Origin: Clostridia bacterium
GTDB taxonomy: Bacteria; Bacillota; Clostridia; Oscillospirales; CAG-272
Direction of reading: 5' to 3'
DNA length: 64,000 nt
Assembly: GCA_017483305.1 (NCBI GenBank)
Contig: JAFULC010000061.1
Location: 200 to 64,199 of the forward strand
Below, piece by piece: positions 37,033 to 45,865 of this stretch; position 1 is the first letter of the stretch, and each line of letters starts with the position of its first letter. The translations under genes were made by a program, and so were the position numbers. Under the pieces are notes generated by a model. It made no database searches. It saw nothing but the letters and a program-made list of their open reading frames with translations, and was not told the origin of the DNA.

Positions 37033-38119
37033 TTGCAAATCTCCTTATTTTGACGGTAAACAGACTTCCTTCGCCAACCGCACTCTCAACGCTGATCTCG
37101 CCGCCGACGATGTCTACGACACGCTTGACGAGTGCAAGTCCAAGTCCGTTGCCCTGAGTCGCGCGCGAGCTATCTCCCTGATAGAACTTTTCAAAGACGT
37201 GCGCTCCGACCTCGGCACTCATTCCGCATCCCGTATCGCGAACCGAGACCGTCGCGTATTTTTCGTCGGCACGGAGTGTGATTGCGACCTTGCCGCCGTC
37301 GTCGGTGAATTTAAAGGCGTTGGAGAAAAGATTGCTCCAGACAAGATAGAGAAGCTCGGAGTCGCCCGTGACGCTCACGCCGTCCTCGATTTCGGTCTCG
37401 ATCTCGATATTTCGGCTCTCCCAAACGCTCTCGTACTGCAAAAAGCACTCGCAGAGCTGCTCGGAGAGGTCAAATTTCTCATTTTTAGGGTAAATCTGTT
37501 GATTTTCAAGCCGATTGAGCTTGAGAATATTCGTCATCATATCGGACAAGCGGCGACAGGACTCACTCACAGCCGCGGCGTATTCAAGCCTTTTTTCGTC
37601 GGTCAGATCGCTCTCTTGGAGCAATTTCCCGTAATTCTGCATTACTGCAAGCGGAGTTTTCATCTCGTGAGACACGTTTGCAATGAAATCCGAGCGCAAG
37701 GTCTCAACTCCCTCAAGCTCCTCTGCCATTTTGTTTATACTCGCTATCATCTCGTTGAAGCTCTCATCGGTCGTGATACCCGAAACTCTCGGTATCCGCA
37801 CGCTGAAGTCGCCGAGCATCATCTGCTCTGCCGCCTTGGCGATCTGCTTCAGCGGACGCTCGAACATATACCGTCTCCTTACCGTTTCAACGACCATTAT
37901 AAGAAGGCTGATGAACAAGACGTTCCAGAACGTGACCTTTGCCGCAAAGGATATATTTTCGCCCGTCAGCTCGATTCCCAGCTCCCGTTCAAGCAGAGTG
38001 ACAAAAAGCATAACGCTACAGGTTATAACGAAGGCGACGAACAAAAAATAGGTGAAATAGCGGTATAGCACGCGAAGTATCCGCGCGACTATCCTTTTGG
38101 CTTTCGTCTCCTTACTCAT
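37007..38119 (-). CDS. Sensor histidine kinase (HAMP, HisKA, HATPase)
   Basis: NVSHEMKTPL, NLFSNAFKFT, DTGCGM, GNGLGL. Confidence 0.95.
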   Translation of the reverse strand: MSKETKAKRIVARILRVLYRYFTYFLFVAFVITCSVMLFVTLLERELGIELTGENISFAAKVTFWNVLFISLLIMVVETVRRRYMFERPLKQIAKAAEQMMLGDFSVRIPRVSGITTDESFNEMIASINKMAEELEGVETLRSDFIANVSHEMKTPLAVMQNYGKLLQESDLTDEKRLEYAAAVSESCRRLSDMMTNILKLNRLENQQIYPKNEKFDLSEQLCECFLQYESVWESRNIEIETEIEDGVSVTGDSELLYLVWSNLFSNAFKFTDDGGKVAITLRADEKYATVSVRDTGCGMSAEVGAHVFEKFYQGDSSRATQGNGLGLALVKRVVDIVGGEISVESAVGEGSLFTVKIRRFANGILEKAR

Positions 38120-38787
38120 TTGAGCACCGCCTTATAGCCCAGCCCGTGCACAGTCACTATCTCAAAGGAATCGCAATCCGAAAGCTTTGCGCGGAGCTTG
38201 GTCATATAGACATCGACCGTGCGAGTGCCCGACTGCGTATCCACGTCCCAGAATTCGTCCATGAGCTGTGTTCGGGTAAAGGTCTTTTTCGGGTAGGACA
38301 ATAGCTTATAGAGAATGTCAAATTCTCTTGTGGTCAGCGCGATCTCCTCGCCGCCGAGCGTTGCCGTTCTCTCGTCGGCATCCATAACAAAGCTACCGAT
38401 CTCAAGTCGGCGGCTCGATGCGATCTTCGCGCGGCGCAAAAGCGCGCCTATACGCAAAAACATCTCGTCAAGGTCGATCGGCTTGACCATATAATCGTCC
38501 GCGCCGACTCTGAATCCTCTTTGCTTGGAAGCAAAATCGTCGCGCGCCGTGACGAAAAGGATCGGGATCTCGCTATTGAGCGAGCGGACGGTCCTTGCAA
38601 ACTCAAAGCCGTCTATATTGGGCATCATAATATCCGAAATAATGAGGTCAAAGGTAGTCTTGTACATCTCGTCGTAGGCATCCTCGGCGCACAGACTGCC
38701 GACCGCCTCATAGCCGTTATTATTTAAAAATGAACAAACCGAGCGATTGAGGTCTCTGTCATCCTCAACTACAAGTATTTTGAACAT
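38116..38787 (-). CDS. OmpR-family response regulator
   Basis: ILVVEDD, DIMMP..DG, GADDYMVKP, LTTREFDIL, TVHGLGY. Confidence 0.95.
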   Translation of the reverse strand: MFKILVVEDDRDLNRSVCSFLNNNGYEAVGSLCAEDAYDEMYKTTFDLIISDIMMPNIDGFEFARTVRSLNSEIPILFVTARDDFASKQRGFRVGADDYMVKPIDLDEMFLRIGALLRRAKIASSRRLEIGSFVMDADERTATLGGEEIALTTREFDILYKLLSYPKKTFTRTQLMDEFWDVDTQSGTRTVDVYMTKLRAKLSDCDSFEIVTVHGLGYKAVLK

Positions 38788-38957
38788 AATTTACCTCCGA
38801 CTGTCAACTTTACTTATATTATAACACCCAAATGTTAAGATTTTGTTTGCGTTTTGACTTTTTTTACACTGAACTCGTCTTTTTGAGCACCAAATTACTG
38901 AATGTGCGACGGGACGAGGTAAAGGGTGAAAAATATTAAAATTTTTTCAAAAACCTA

Positions 38958-38986
38958 TTGCAAAAGAAAACAAAGTGTGGTATAAT
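38958..38986 (+). promoter_or_regulatory. Sigma-A promoter of tRNA-Thr
   Basis: TTGCAA-17 bp-TATAAT with extended TG. Confidence 0.7.
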
Positions 38987-39075
38987 ATTGGGGTCGCTGG
39001 TGTAGCACAGTTGCGCAGTCTTACCACCTTCGGTGGTGTCGCGCTACCTCCTTGTGCCACACGCGCTCATTCTTC

Positions 39076-39151
39076 GCTGGTGTAGCACAGTCGGTAGTGC
39101 AGCTGATTCGTAATCAGCAGGTCGTGTGTTCAAGTCACATCACCAGCTCCA
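39076..39151 (+). tRNA. tRNA-Thr(CGT)
   Basis: GCTGGTG/CACCAGC acceptor stem, anticodon loop TT-CGT-AA, GTTCAA T-loop, CCA end. Confidence 0.95.
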
Positions 39152-39424
39152 AAAAAGGAACATATCGGTTTTTCCGATGTGTTCCTTTTTTAGTGTTTGT
39201 AATCGACGAAGAACACCGCAAACGCGGAGCGTTTGCTCGTTTTGCGCGCAAGTGGGCTTGGATTCAGATACATTTGCCGCGCAAAACAATGTTCTGAGTC
39301 ACATCACCAGCGTGGGAAAAGACACAATGGGATTTCCCCATTGTGTCTTTTTTAGTGTTTGTAATCGACGAAGAACACCGTAAACGCGTCCTTAAAAATT
39401 TTTTCAAAACCCCTTGACAAATCT

Positions 39425-39468
39425 GTCTATTCGTGATAGACTATACATAGAGTCTATCAGCGATAGAC
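39425..39468. promoter_or_regulatory. Two BlaI-type palindromic operators over the blaI promoter
   Basis: GTCTAT-TCGTG-ATAGAC (39425-39441) and GTCTAT-CAGCG-ATAGAC (39452-39468). TTGACA at 39414-39419. Confidence 0.75.
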
Positions 39469-39494
39469 AACTTCGTTGATTAAGGAGGTTCACT

Positions 39495-39857
39495 ATGGAA
39501 GAAATGAAGCTCGGAGCGGTAGAGTCTCGATTTGCAGACATAATCTGGGCAAATCAGCCGCTTACCACCAAGGAATTGGTACAAATATGCGAAAAAGAGC
39601 TGAATTGGAAGCGCACAACAACCTACACTGTACTCAAAAAGCTCTGTGACCGCGGAATTTTCGCCACCGAGAACAGCACAGTCACCGCCTTACTCACCAA
39701 GGATGAGTTTCAGGCGATACAAAGCGAAAAGTTCGTCGGCGAGACCTTTGACGGATCTCTTCCCGCCTTTATCGCGGCGTTCACCTCAAGAAAGAAGCTA
39801 AGCGACAGTGAGATCGCCGAGATCCGCAAAATGATCGAGTCTTACGGGGAGGTTTGA
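39495..39857 (+). CDS. BlaI/MecI/CopY-family repressor
   Basis: ESRFADIIW, NWKRTTTYTVLKKLCDRG, FDGSLPAFIAAF. Confidence 0.93.
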   Translation: MEEMKLGAVESRFADIIWANQPLTTKELVQICEKELNWKRTTTYTVLKKLCDRGIFATENSTVTALLTKDEFQAIQSEKFVGETFDGSLPAFIAAFTSRKKLSDSEIAEIRKMIESYGEV

Positions 39858-39858
39858 T

Positions 39859-41574
39859 ATGGAAAATATCTTTTTACATCTTTTTAATCTCTCGGTCACC
39901 GCAAGCTACATGATTTTGGCGGTGATAGTACTCCGTTTTGTGCTCGCGAAGGCACCGAAATGGGTCAACTGTCTGCTTTGGGCGATCGTTGGCTTGCGGC
40001 TTCTCGTTCCCTTTTCGATCGAGAGCATTTTCAGTCTCGTGCCATCGCCCGAGCCAATACCGAGCGACATTATGATCTCGCCCGAGCCGCAGATAAACAC
40101 AGGAATACCTGCGATCAACAACACCTTTAATCCTATTATTGCAGATACCCTCACACCCGACCCAACCTCAAGCGCAAACCCTTTACAGATATTGCTTTTC
40201 GTCGTGTCGATAATCTGGATAGCAGGAGTCGCAACCATTCTTTTATGGGGACTTATCTCATATCTCAGACTCAAAAAAAGAGTCGCTCCGTCGATACATT
40301 TTAAGGACAATATTTACTACTGCGACGATATTGACACCCCGTTCGTGCTTGGAATCTTCCGTCCTCGCATTTATTTGCCGTCGAATATTGACGGCGAGGT
40401 AGCACACCAGGTGATCGCCCACGAGAAAGCGCACGTCGCACGTCTTGACCATATATTCAAGCCGCTCGGATACCTTCTGCTTTCGGTCTATTGGTTTTCG
40501 CCGCTTGTTTGGATCGCATACATTCTCTTCTGCCGCGACGTTGAAGGCGCTTGCGATGAGCGAGTGATCCGCGATATGTGTACCGACGAGCGACAGAAAT
40601 ATTCCGCCGCGCTCCTTTCATGCAGTGTTTCACGCGCAGGTATCAACGCCTGCCCACTTGCCTTTGGCGAGGTGGGAGTCAAAAGCCGTGTCAAGTCGAT
40701 TCTGAGCTACAAAAAGCCTGCATTCTGGCTTATTGTTGCGGCGGTGGTCGCTTCGGTCGCCATCGCAGTCGGATTTCTGACCAATCCCATTGACAAGCCA
40801 ACGATGACGGTCTACGGTGAGACCGACCCCGACAAGCTCAACGCCGCGCAAATAGCGCTGATGGAAAGATACCCCGAGCTTTTCGGACTTAACGCTACGA
40901 ATGGACTGGACGTTTACGTCTGTCAATATGGGGAAAATAGCTACAGCTTCACATTGCTCGAGCATTCAGAAACACCGCATATAGCTATAAATGATACAAC
41001 TCTTCACCGTAAGAGCTTCGTAACAATATCCGCTATGCGTGTTATTCTGGAATCCTACGACATTCCCGAGGATCAGATCAACATAATTCCCTGGCAAGAT
41101 CCGCTTTCAAGCTATATTGGACCTTATTGGATAATATTCAAAGGTGAATCGCCTGAGGAGAAGCAGGCAAATTACAAAAAAATGATACGCGAGATGCTTT
41201 TTAGCGATGAGCCGTTCGTGCGCCCTACCTACATGTCCATGCAATTTGATATAGATAGTGATGGCAATACCGAATTTTGCATTCTCGGCTTCGGCATGAC
41301 GACCGACAGATTCTCATTTACTCTCTCAGCCGCCGAGATCACACCAAATACGGTAAGCTCCTGGAGACAGGAATATGACTATATCATCTATTCCGACGTG
41401 TACACGCTCTCGTTTGTCAAGGGTGAGGACGGAGTGGTGCGCATTCAGGGCATTGATCTTGACGATAAAACGCATCTTTTCGACATTTCATTTGTTGACG
41501 GAAATCTGAGTATCTCCGAAAACGGAGTTTCCATCGGAGAGATCATTTCCTGCAAAACATACCCTGCACAGTAA
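39859..41574 (+). CDS. BlaR1/M56-family membrane metallopeptidase with a non-PBP C-terminal domain
   Basis: TPFVLGIFRPRIYLP, zinc motif HEKAH, EGACDE, AFGE. Confidence 0.9.
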   Translation: MENIFLHLFNLSVTASYMILAVIVLRFVLAKAPKWVNCLLWAIVGLRLLVPFSIESIFSLVPSPEPIPSDIMISPEPQINTGIPAINNTFNPIIADTLTPDPTSSANPLQILLFVVSIIWIAGVATILLWGLISYLRLKKRVAPSIHFKDNIYYCDDIDTPFVLGIFRPRIYLPSNIDGEVAHQVIAHEKAHVARLDHIFKPLGYLLLSVYWFSPLVWIAYILFCRDVEGACDERVIRDMCTDERQKYSAALLSCSVSRAGINACPLAFGEVGVKSRVKSILSYKKPAFWLIVAAVVASVAIAVGFLTNPIDKPTMTVYGETDPDKLNAAQIALMERYPELFGLNATNGLDVYVCQYGENSYSFTLLEHSETPHIAINDTTLHRKSFVTISAMRVILESYDIPEDQINIIPWQDPLSSYIGPYWIIFKGESPEEKQANYKKMIREMLFSDEPFVRPTYMSMQFDIDSDGNTEFCILGFGMTTDRFSFTLSAAEITPNTVSSWRQEYDYIIYSDVYTLSFVKGEDGVVRIQGIDLDDKTHLFDISFVDGNLSISENGVSIGEIISCKTYPAQ

Positions 41575-41611
41575 CCTAAAAACCACCTGACAGCTGTCAG
41601 GTGGTTTTCTT

Positions 41612-42778
41612 TTACTCCTCCACGTAAAGCTTCGGGCATTCCCCGCCCGACTTATACGCGGCAATATATTGCTTTAGCCACTGATAATAGAGGTCTCCGT
41701 GACCGCCCTCCATAGGCTCGATATCGCGGCTGTATTCCTGCGTGTAGTTGTCGACGAAGGCCGTTTCGCCGTCCACTATAAATCTTTGAGCCGCCCACTC
41801 GTTCCACCAGGTTACCGTCACTACCTTGGGATGCACGGCAAAGGCATTCTTCCACTGCTTATAGAAAAATCTTCCGCCATCGCGTCCGTGCGCGGTCGGT
41901 GCCGACATATAGGTCTCCTGCGTTGCAACGGCAACGCTGATCTGCTCATACTCGCCATCCTGGACGTAATAGCCCTGAGATCTGTTGTTTACGCTCAAAA
42001 ATTTCCAGCAACGATCGCTCGTCAAACCCCACATTTTGCGGATCGTGAAAAGATCGGGGCGTGGGAAAAGCTCGGTGTCCGCCGCGGTGATCATAAACGG
42101 CTTTTCGTCCCAATAGACGAAGCAATCCGCCCACTCCTCCACGGTGTAAAATTTCTCGTAAAACGCGTCTATCAGAGGTCCGTCAGACCTGCCGCACCAG
42201 AGCACTATATAGGGCGTTTTCTTGCCCTCGGCTCTCATCTCGGTGATGACCTCGCAAAGCGTTCGCAGAGGCGCAAACGCCCATCGCTCACCCATTTTTT
42301 CGTTTTCAACGTAGCCGTCGTTGGCGTTGGTGTAGTCGAGTATGATGAAATCAACCCCCGCCTCGCCAAGCAGAGTCATATTATTGCGCGCGGCAGTCTT
42401 ATCGGTGCTGCGATAGTATCCCTGCGCGGGCTTTGACCAATAGTGAAACTGTCCCTCAGCGCCCCATTCCTGTCTGCCTGCAAGCACCTCGGAGATATTA
42501 TAAAAATCGGTTATCGGACCGTCGCCCGAGCCGTGTATTCCGTCAAACCAGACCGAGTAGCAAATGCTCACAAGGTCGGTCTTGTTCGTGATATCAAGTC
42601 CCACTTCTCTCTCCTCGGTTTCTTGCTCTGCGGTGGTTTCGTCGCTTTCATCGGTCGATTCCACCGTTGTTTCAACCATCGTTTCGTAGGTGTTATTTGC
42701 GCCGTCACAGCCAAACAAAGCCAGCAACGACAAAGCCGCCGTGACAAGCGCCACCGCTCTCGCGGTCCGAAGACTCAT
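41612..42778 (-). CDS. Lipoprotein with a glycoside-hydrolase-like domain (GH99/GH71-like)
   Basis: Lipobox LFGC, acidic linker, FHYWSKPAQGYYRS, GVDFIILDYTN, TWWNEW, EYSRDIEP. Confidence 0.7.
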   Translation of the reverse strand: MSLRTARAVALVTAALSLLALFGCDGANNTYETMVETTVESTDESDETTAEQETEEREVGLDITNKTDLVSICYSVWFDGIHGSGDGPITDFYNISEVLAGRQEWGAEGQFHYWSKPAQGYYRSTDKTAARNNMTLLGEAGVDFIILDYTNANDGYVENEKMGERWAFAPLRTLCEVITEMRAEGKKTPYIVLWCGRSDGPLIDAFYEKFYTVEEWADCFVYWDEKPFMITAADTELFPRPDLFTIRKMWGLTSDRCWKFLSVNNRSQGYYVQDGEYEQISVAVATQETYMSAPTAHGRDGGRFFYKQWKNAFAVHPKVVTVTWWNEWAAQRFIVDGETAFVDNYTQEYSRDIEPMEGGHGDLYYQWLKQYIAAYKSGGECPKLYVEE

Positions 42779-42781
42779 AAA

Positions 42782-44062
42782 TTATATCTCCTCAAGCTTT
42801 GCCATCTCGTCGGGGAAACGGATATCGACAAATTTAGCGTATCCGTCCGCCTCGAGCTTCTGCTTCTGGAAGCCGACGTTCTTGTTCATCTTCTGCACAA
42901 GGACGATCCTTCCGCTCTCTCGCGCTGCCATCGCCTTTTTCTGCATCAGTGCGATATCAGCCGCGCCCATTCTCTTATCGTAAAGGATCGCGATCTTCTC
43001 TGCCGCGCCCTCGGGCTTGAAGCTCTTTTCAACAAGCGCCGCAACTATTCTCTCAAATCCGATCGAAAATCCGCACGCCGCCGTGCTCTGACCCGTGAAA
43101 TTGCCGATCATCTTGTCGTAGCGACCGCCACCGCCGATGCTCGCTCCCTTGAAATCCTCGCTCTTGATTTCGAAGATCGTGCCCGTATAGTATCCCATAC
43201 CGCGCACAAGCGTTACGTCGAAGTCGAGCTTGAATCTGCCGTCCGAAATGATCGCCACGCTCTCGCAGATCTCCTTGAGATTTGCAATTACGCCGCTCTC
43301 GATATCGTCGCCGAGCGCGCTCTCGAGATAGCTGAAGCGATCCTCTGCCGCCATAGCACCGCGGAAGATCTCCATATATTTCGCAACGCACTCTGCATCA
43401 TATCCCGACTCAAGCAGCTCCTTCTCGATTCCTGCCTCGCCGATCTTGTCGTATTTGTCGAGGATGATGAATACGGTCGAAAACTGCTCCTCGGCAAAGC
43501 CGCTTGCCTTTGCCATTGCCGACAGGATCCTGCGGTCGTTGATCACGATAGTCACGCCACCAACGCCCACGCTCTCAAGGTAGGTCGAGGTCGCTGTGAT
43601 CAGCTCGATCTCCGCAGAGTTCGAGTTGTCGCCGAGGATGTCTATGTCGCACTGCACGAACTGACGGAATCTTCCCTTCTGCGGTCTGTCCGCTCTCCAT
43701 ACGGGTCCGATCTGCATCGCCTTGAAGGGCAGAGTCAGATTTGCCGCGTTATTCGAGTAATATCTCGCAAGCGGCACGGTCAGGTCGTAGCGAAGGCCCG
43801 AGTCGACAAGCGCGTCTACGTCAAGTCCCTCTGCCGCCTCGTTCAGCTTCTCTCCTCTCTTGAGTATCTTGAAGATCAGCTTCTCGTTGTCGCCGCCCTG
43901 CTTGCTCGTCAGATTCTCTATGTGCTCAACGCACGGCGTCTCGATCTGCGAAAATCCGAACGACGCGTACGTCTTTTTCATCTTCGTCAGTAAATATTCT
44001 CTTATCTCTGCCTCGCGCGGCAGGATGTCTCTCATTCCTTTTGTTGTCTCTTTTACAAACAT
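42782..44062 (-). CDS. hisS: Histidine--tRNA ligase
   Basis: KGMRDILP, LRYDLTVPLARY, RADRPQKGRFRQFVQCDID, LVRGMGYYTG, GGGGRYD, GFERI. Confidence 0.97.
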   Translation of the reverse strand: MFVKETTKGMRDILPREAEIREYLLTKMKKTYASFGFSQIETPCVEHIENLTSKQGGDNEKLIFKILKRGEKLNEAAEGLDVDALVDSGLRYDLTVPLARYYSNNAANLTLPFKAMQIGPVWRADRPQKGRFRQFVQCDIDILGDNSNSAEIELITATSTYLESVGVGGVTIVINDRRILSAMAKASGFAEEQFSTVFIILDKYDKIGEAGIEKELLESGYDAECVAKYMEIFRGAMAAEDRFSYLESALGDDIESGVIANLKEICESVAIISDGRFKLDFDVTLVRGMGYYTGTIFEIKSEDFKGASIGGGGRYDKMIGNFTGQSTAACGFSIGFERIVAALVEKSFKPEGAAEKIAILYDKRMGAADIALMQKKAMAARESGRIVLVQKMNKNVGFQKQKLEADGYAKFVDIRFPDEMAKLEEI

Positions 44063-44092
44063 TGTTAGTTTTCCTTTCTTTGTCTCCGACGG

Positions 44093-44300
44093 GTCGCTTT
44101 TTTAAAAAAAAGCGACGCAAAAAACTTTCAATTAGGCTAGTTGAATTTGTCTACATTTTAAAATTGAAAATGGGTGAGTTTTTTTTGCTCTACCGTTTTA
44201 AAACCTAATCCGTCTTTTCTATTTCTATCCTTGGGGAAGTTTTTTGCGCAACTTTTTTTCAAAAAAGTTGCAAATCGCATCCCCTCGCATCCCCGCATCC
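44093..44300. repeat. Intergenic palindromic MITE/REP-like element
   Basis: GTCGCTTTTTTTAAAAAAAAGCGAC-GCAAAAAACTTTC at one end and GAAGTTTTTTGC-GCAACTTTTTTTCAAAAAAGTTGC at the other. Confidence 0.55.
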
Positions 44301-44645
44301 TTATCTATAATAAACGTAGTGAACTATAACCGTTCTGATTTTCCCGCCATTTTCAAGGTCGGGGGCGGTGATAACGACGCCGTCCTTACTGAGCAGTTCC
44401 CACGCCTGCATCTCCTCGACCTTACAGCGCATAAGAACGTCTGCGGAGGCAAAAACGAGGAGCTCGTCGTCGCGGATATTGAGCGCACCCGAGCGACCGA
44501 TGACCTCGTGGGTGCCGTTTATCTCCTCGGTGACGTATTTTACGTGGTGACCGCAGATCTGCTTTGCCATATCCCACTTAAAGCGTTTACTGTCGGGGTT
44601 TTTGCTTTTAGTTGCCTTTTCAAATATCTTTTTGAACAGTCCCAT
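44301..44645 (-). CDS. Conserved hypothetical protein
   Basis: 114-aa ORF within the operon with an RBS. Ends WELLSKDGVVITAPD...HYVYYR. Confidence 0.75.
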   Translation of the reverse strand: MGLFKKIFEKATKSKNPDSKRFKWDMAKQICGHHVKYVTEEINGTHEVIGRSGALNIRDDELLVFASADVLMRCKVEEMQAWELLSKDGVVITAPDLENGGKIRTVIVHYVYYR

Positions 44646-44668
44646 ATTTTTTCTTTCTTAAATAGAGA

Positions 44669-45865
44669 TTATTTTGACTCTCCGAGCAAAAAGCTATATA
44701 TCTCATTGTATTCTGCCATAAGCCTTTGCGCCCTCTCGCCGTTTCTGTCAAAGAAAGGCTTACGGATGCCTCGGAGCATAATATTTTTGGGTGTTTCCTC
44801 GGGATCGATGAGCTCAAGCGCCGCGGTCTCGTAGCCGTTTGCCTCAAGAAGCTTGAGTCGCAATGCATCGGTCGCCGCATCGCAAAGCTTCTGGCGAAGC
44901 ATTGAGTAGTCGGCGATAAACGAGAGCTGCTCACAGTTAAGTCGGCGGTTGAGATCGTGGTGACAGCAGGGTGTGGACAAAAGCACGTCCGCCTGCCATT
45001 CGATCGCCTTACCGATGACGATATCGGTCGCCGTGTCGCAGGCGTGGAGCGAAATGACCATATTCACGCGGTCGATGGTATCGTAAAGATTCACGTCGCC
45101 GCACAAAAATTCAAGTCCGTCAAAGCCGAGCGCTTTCGCGACCGACGAGCAGTACTCGATGACGTCAGCCTTGAGATCAACACCCGTCATCTTGACCTGT
45201 CTTCCCTTTATCACGGCAAAATAATGATAGACCGCAAAGGAAAGATAGCTCTTGCCGCAGCAGAGGTCGCAGATGCGAAGCGGATCGGTGGCGGGGAGAG
45301 CGTGCTCAACGTCGCGTATCAGCTCCAAAAACCTGTTGATCTGACGGAATTTCGCCTGCTTTTTGTCGTAAACGCGACCGTTTTTGTCACTAACCTCAAG
45401 CAGCTTGAGAAAGGGCTCATCGCCTTTGAGTATATAGTTTTTATTTTTGTTGTTTGAGCCGACGGTGACCTTCGCGAAGGTCTTTACGGTCTCGCTGTTT
45501 TCAGAAAACAAGAGCTTTTCGAGCTTTGCGCCGCCCAGCAGGACGGTATTGCCCGATTTCGAGCGCTTGAATTCGCAATCTCCCGCCGTTGTGATGAGAT
45601 TTATCTGCGAAAAGCTCTCGATCGTCTCGGCAAGCAGGTCAAGCTCCTCGAATTTTATGTTTTTGTGCTTCGCCTTGTTGTCGGAGCAGAAGGACTCAAG
45701 CTGAAGGACTTTCTCGTTGCCGATCGCCTTGAGCGTGAGCGTAGCCTTGTTGACAGTCGCAGCAAGCGACTTGGAAAAGACTGCCTTTTTGAGCGTTTCG
45801 ATCTGCGCCGCCTTGCCGATCAGTCTTAGCAAAAGCTCGGCATTTTTATCGGTTAAATTTGTCAT
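44669..45865 (-). CDS. Class I SAM-dependent methyltransferase (Methyltransf_32-like)
   Basis: KFRQINRFLE, DLCCGKSYLSF, SLHACDTATD, PCCHH, TPKNIM. Confidence 0.88.
   Translation of the reverse strand: MTNLTDKNAELLLRLIGKAAQIETLKKAVFSKSLAATVNKATLTLKAIGNEKVLQLESFCSDNKAKHKNIKFEELDLLAETIESFSQINLITTAGDCEFKRSKSGNTVLLGGAKLEKLLFSENSETVKTFAKVTVGSNNKNKNYILKGDEPFLKLLEVSDKNGRVYDKKQAKFRQINRFLELIRDVEHALPATDPLRICDLCCGKSYLSFAVYHYFAVIKGRQVKMTGVDLKADVIEYCSSVAKALGFDGLEFLCGDVNLYDTIDRVNMVISLHACDTATDIVIGKAIEWQADVLLSTPCCHHDLNRRLNCEQLSFIADYSMLRQKLCDAATDALRLKLLEANGYETAALELIDPEETPKNIMLRGIRKPFFDRNGERAQRLMAEYNEIYSFLLGESK

Noticed and set aside
44063-44300. T-box riboswitch upstream of hisS
   Set aside because: No T-box consensus (AAnnnGGGTGGnACCRCG) was found on the minus strand. 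The region looks like a palindromic repeat element.
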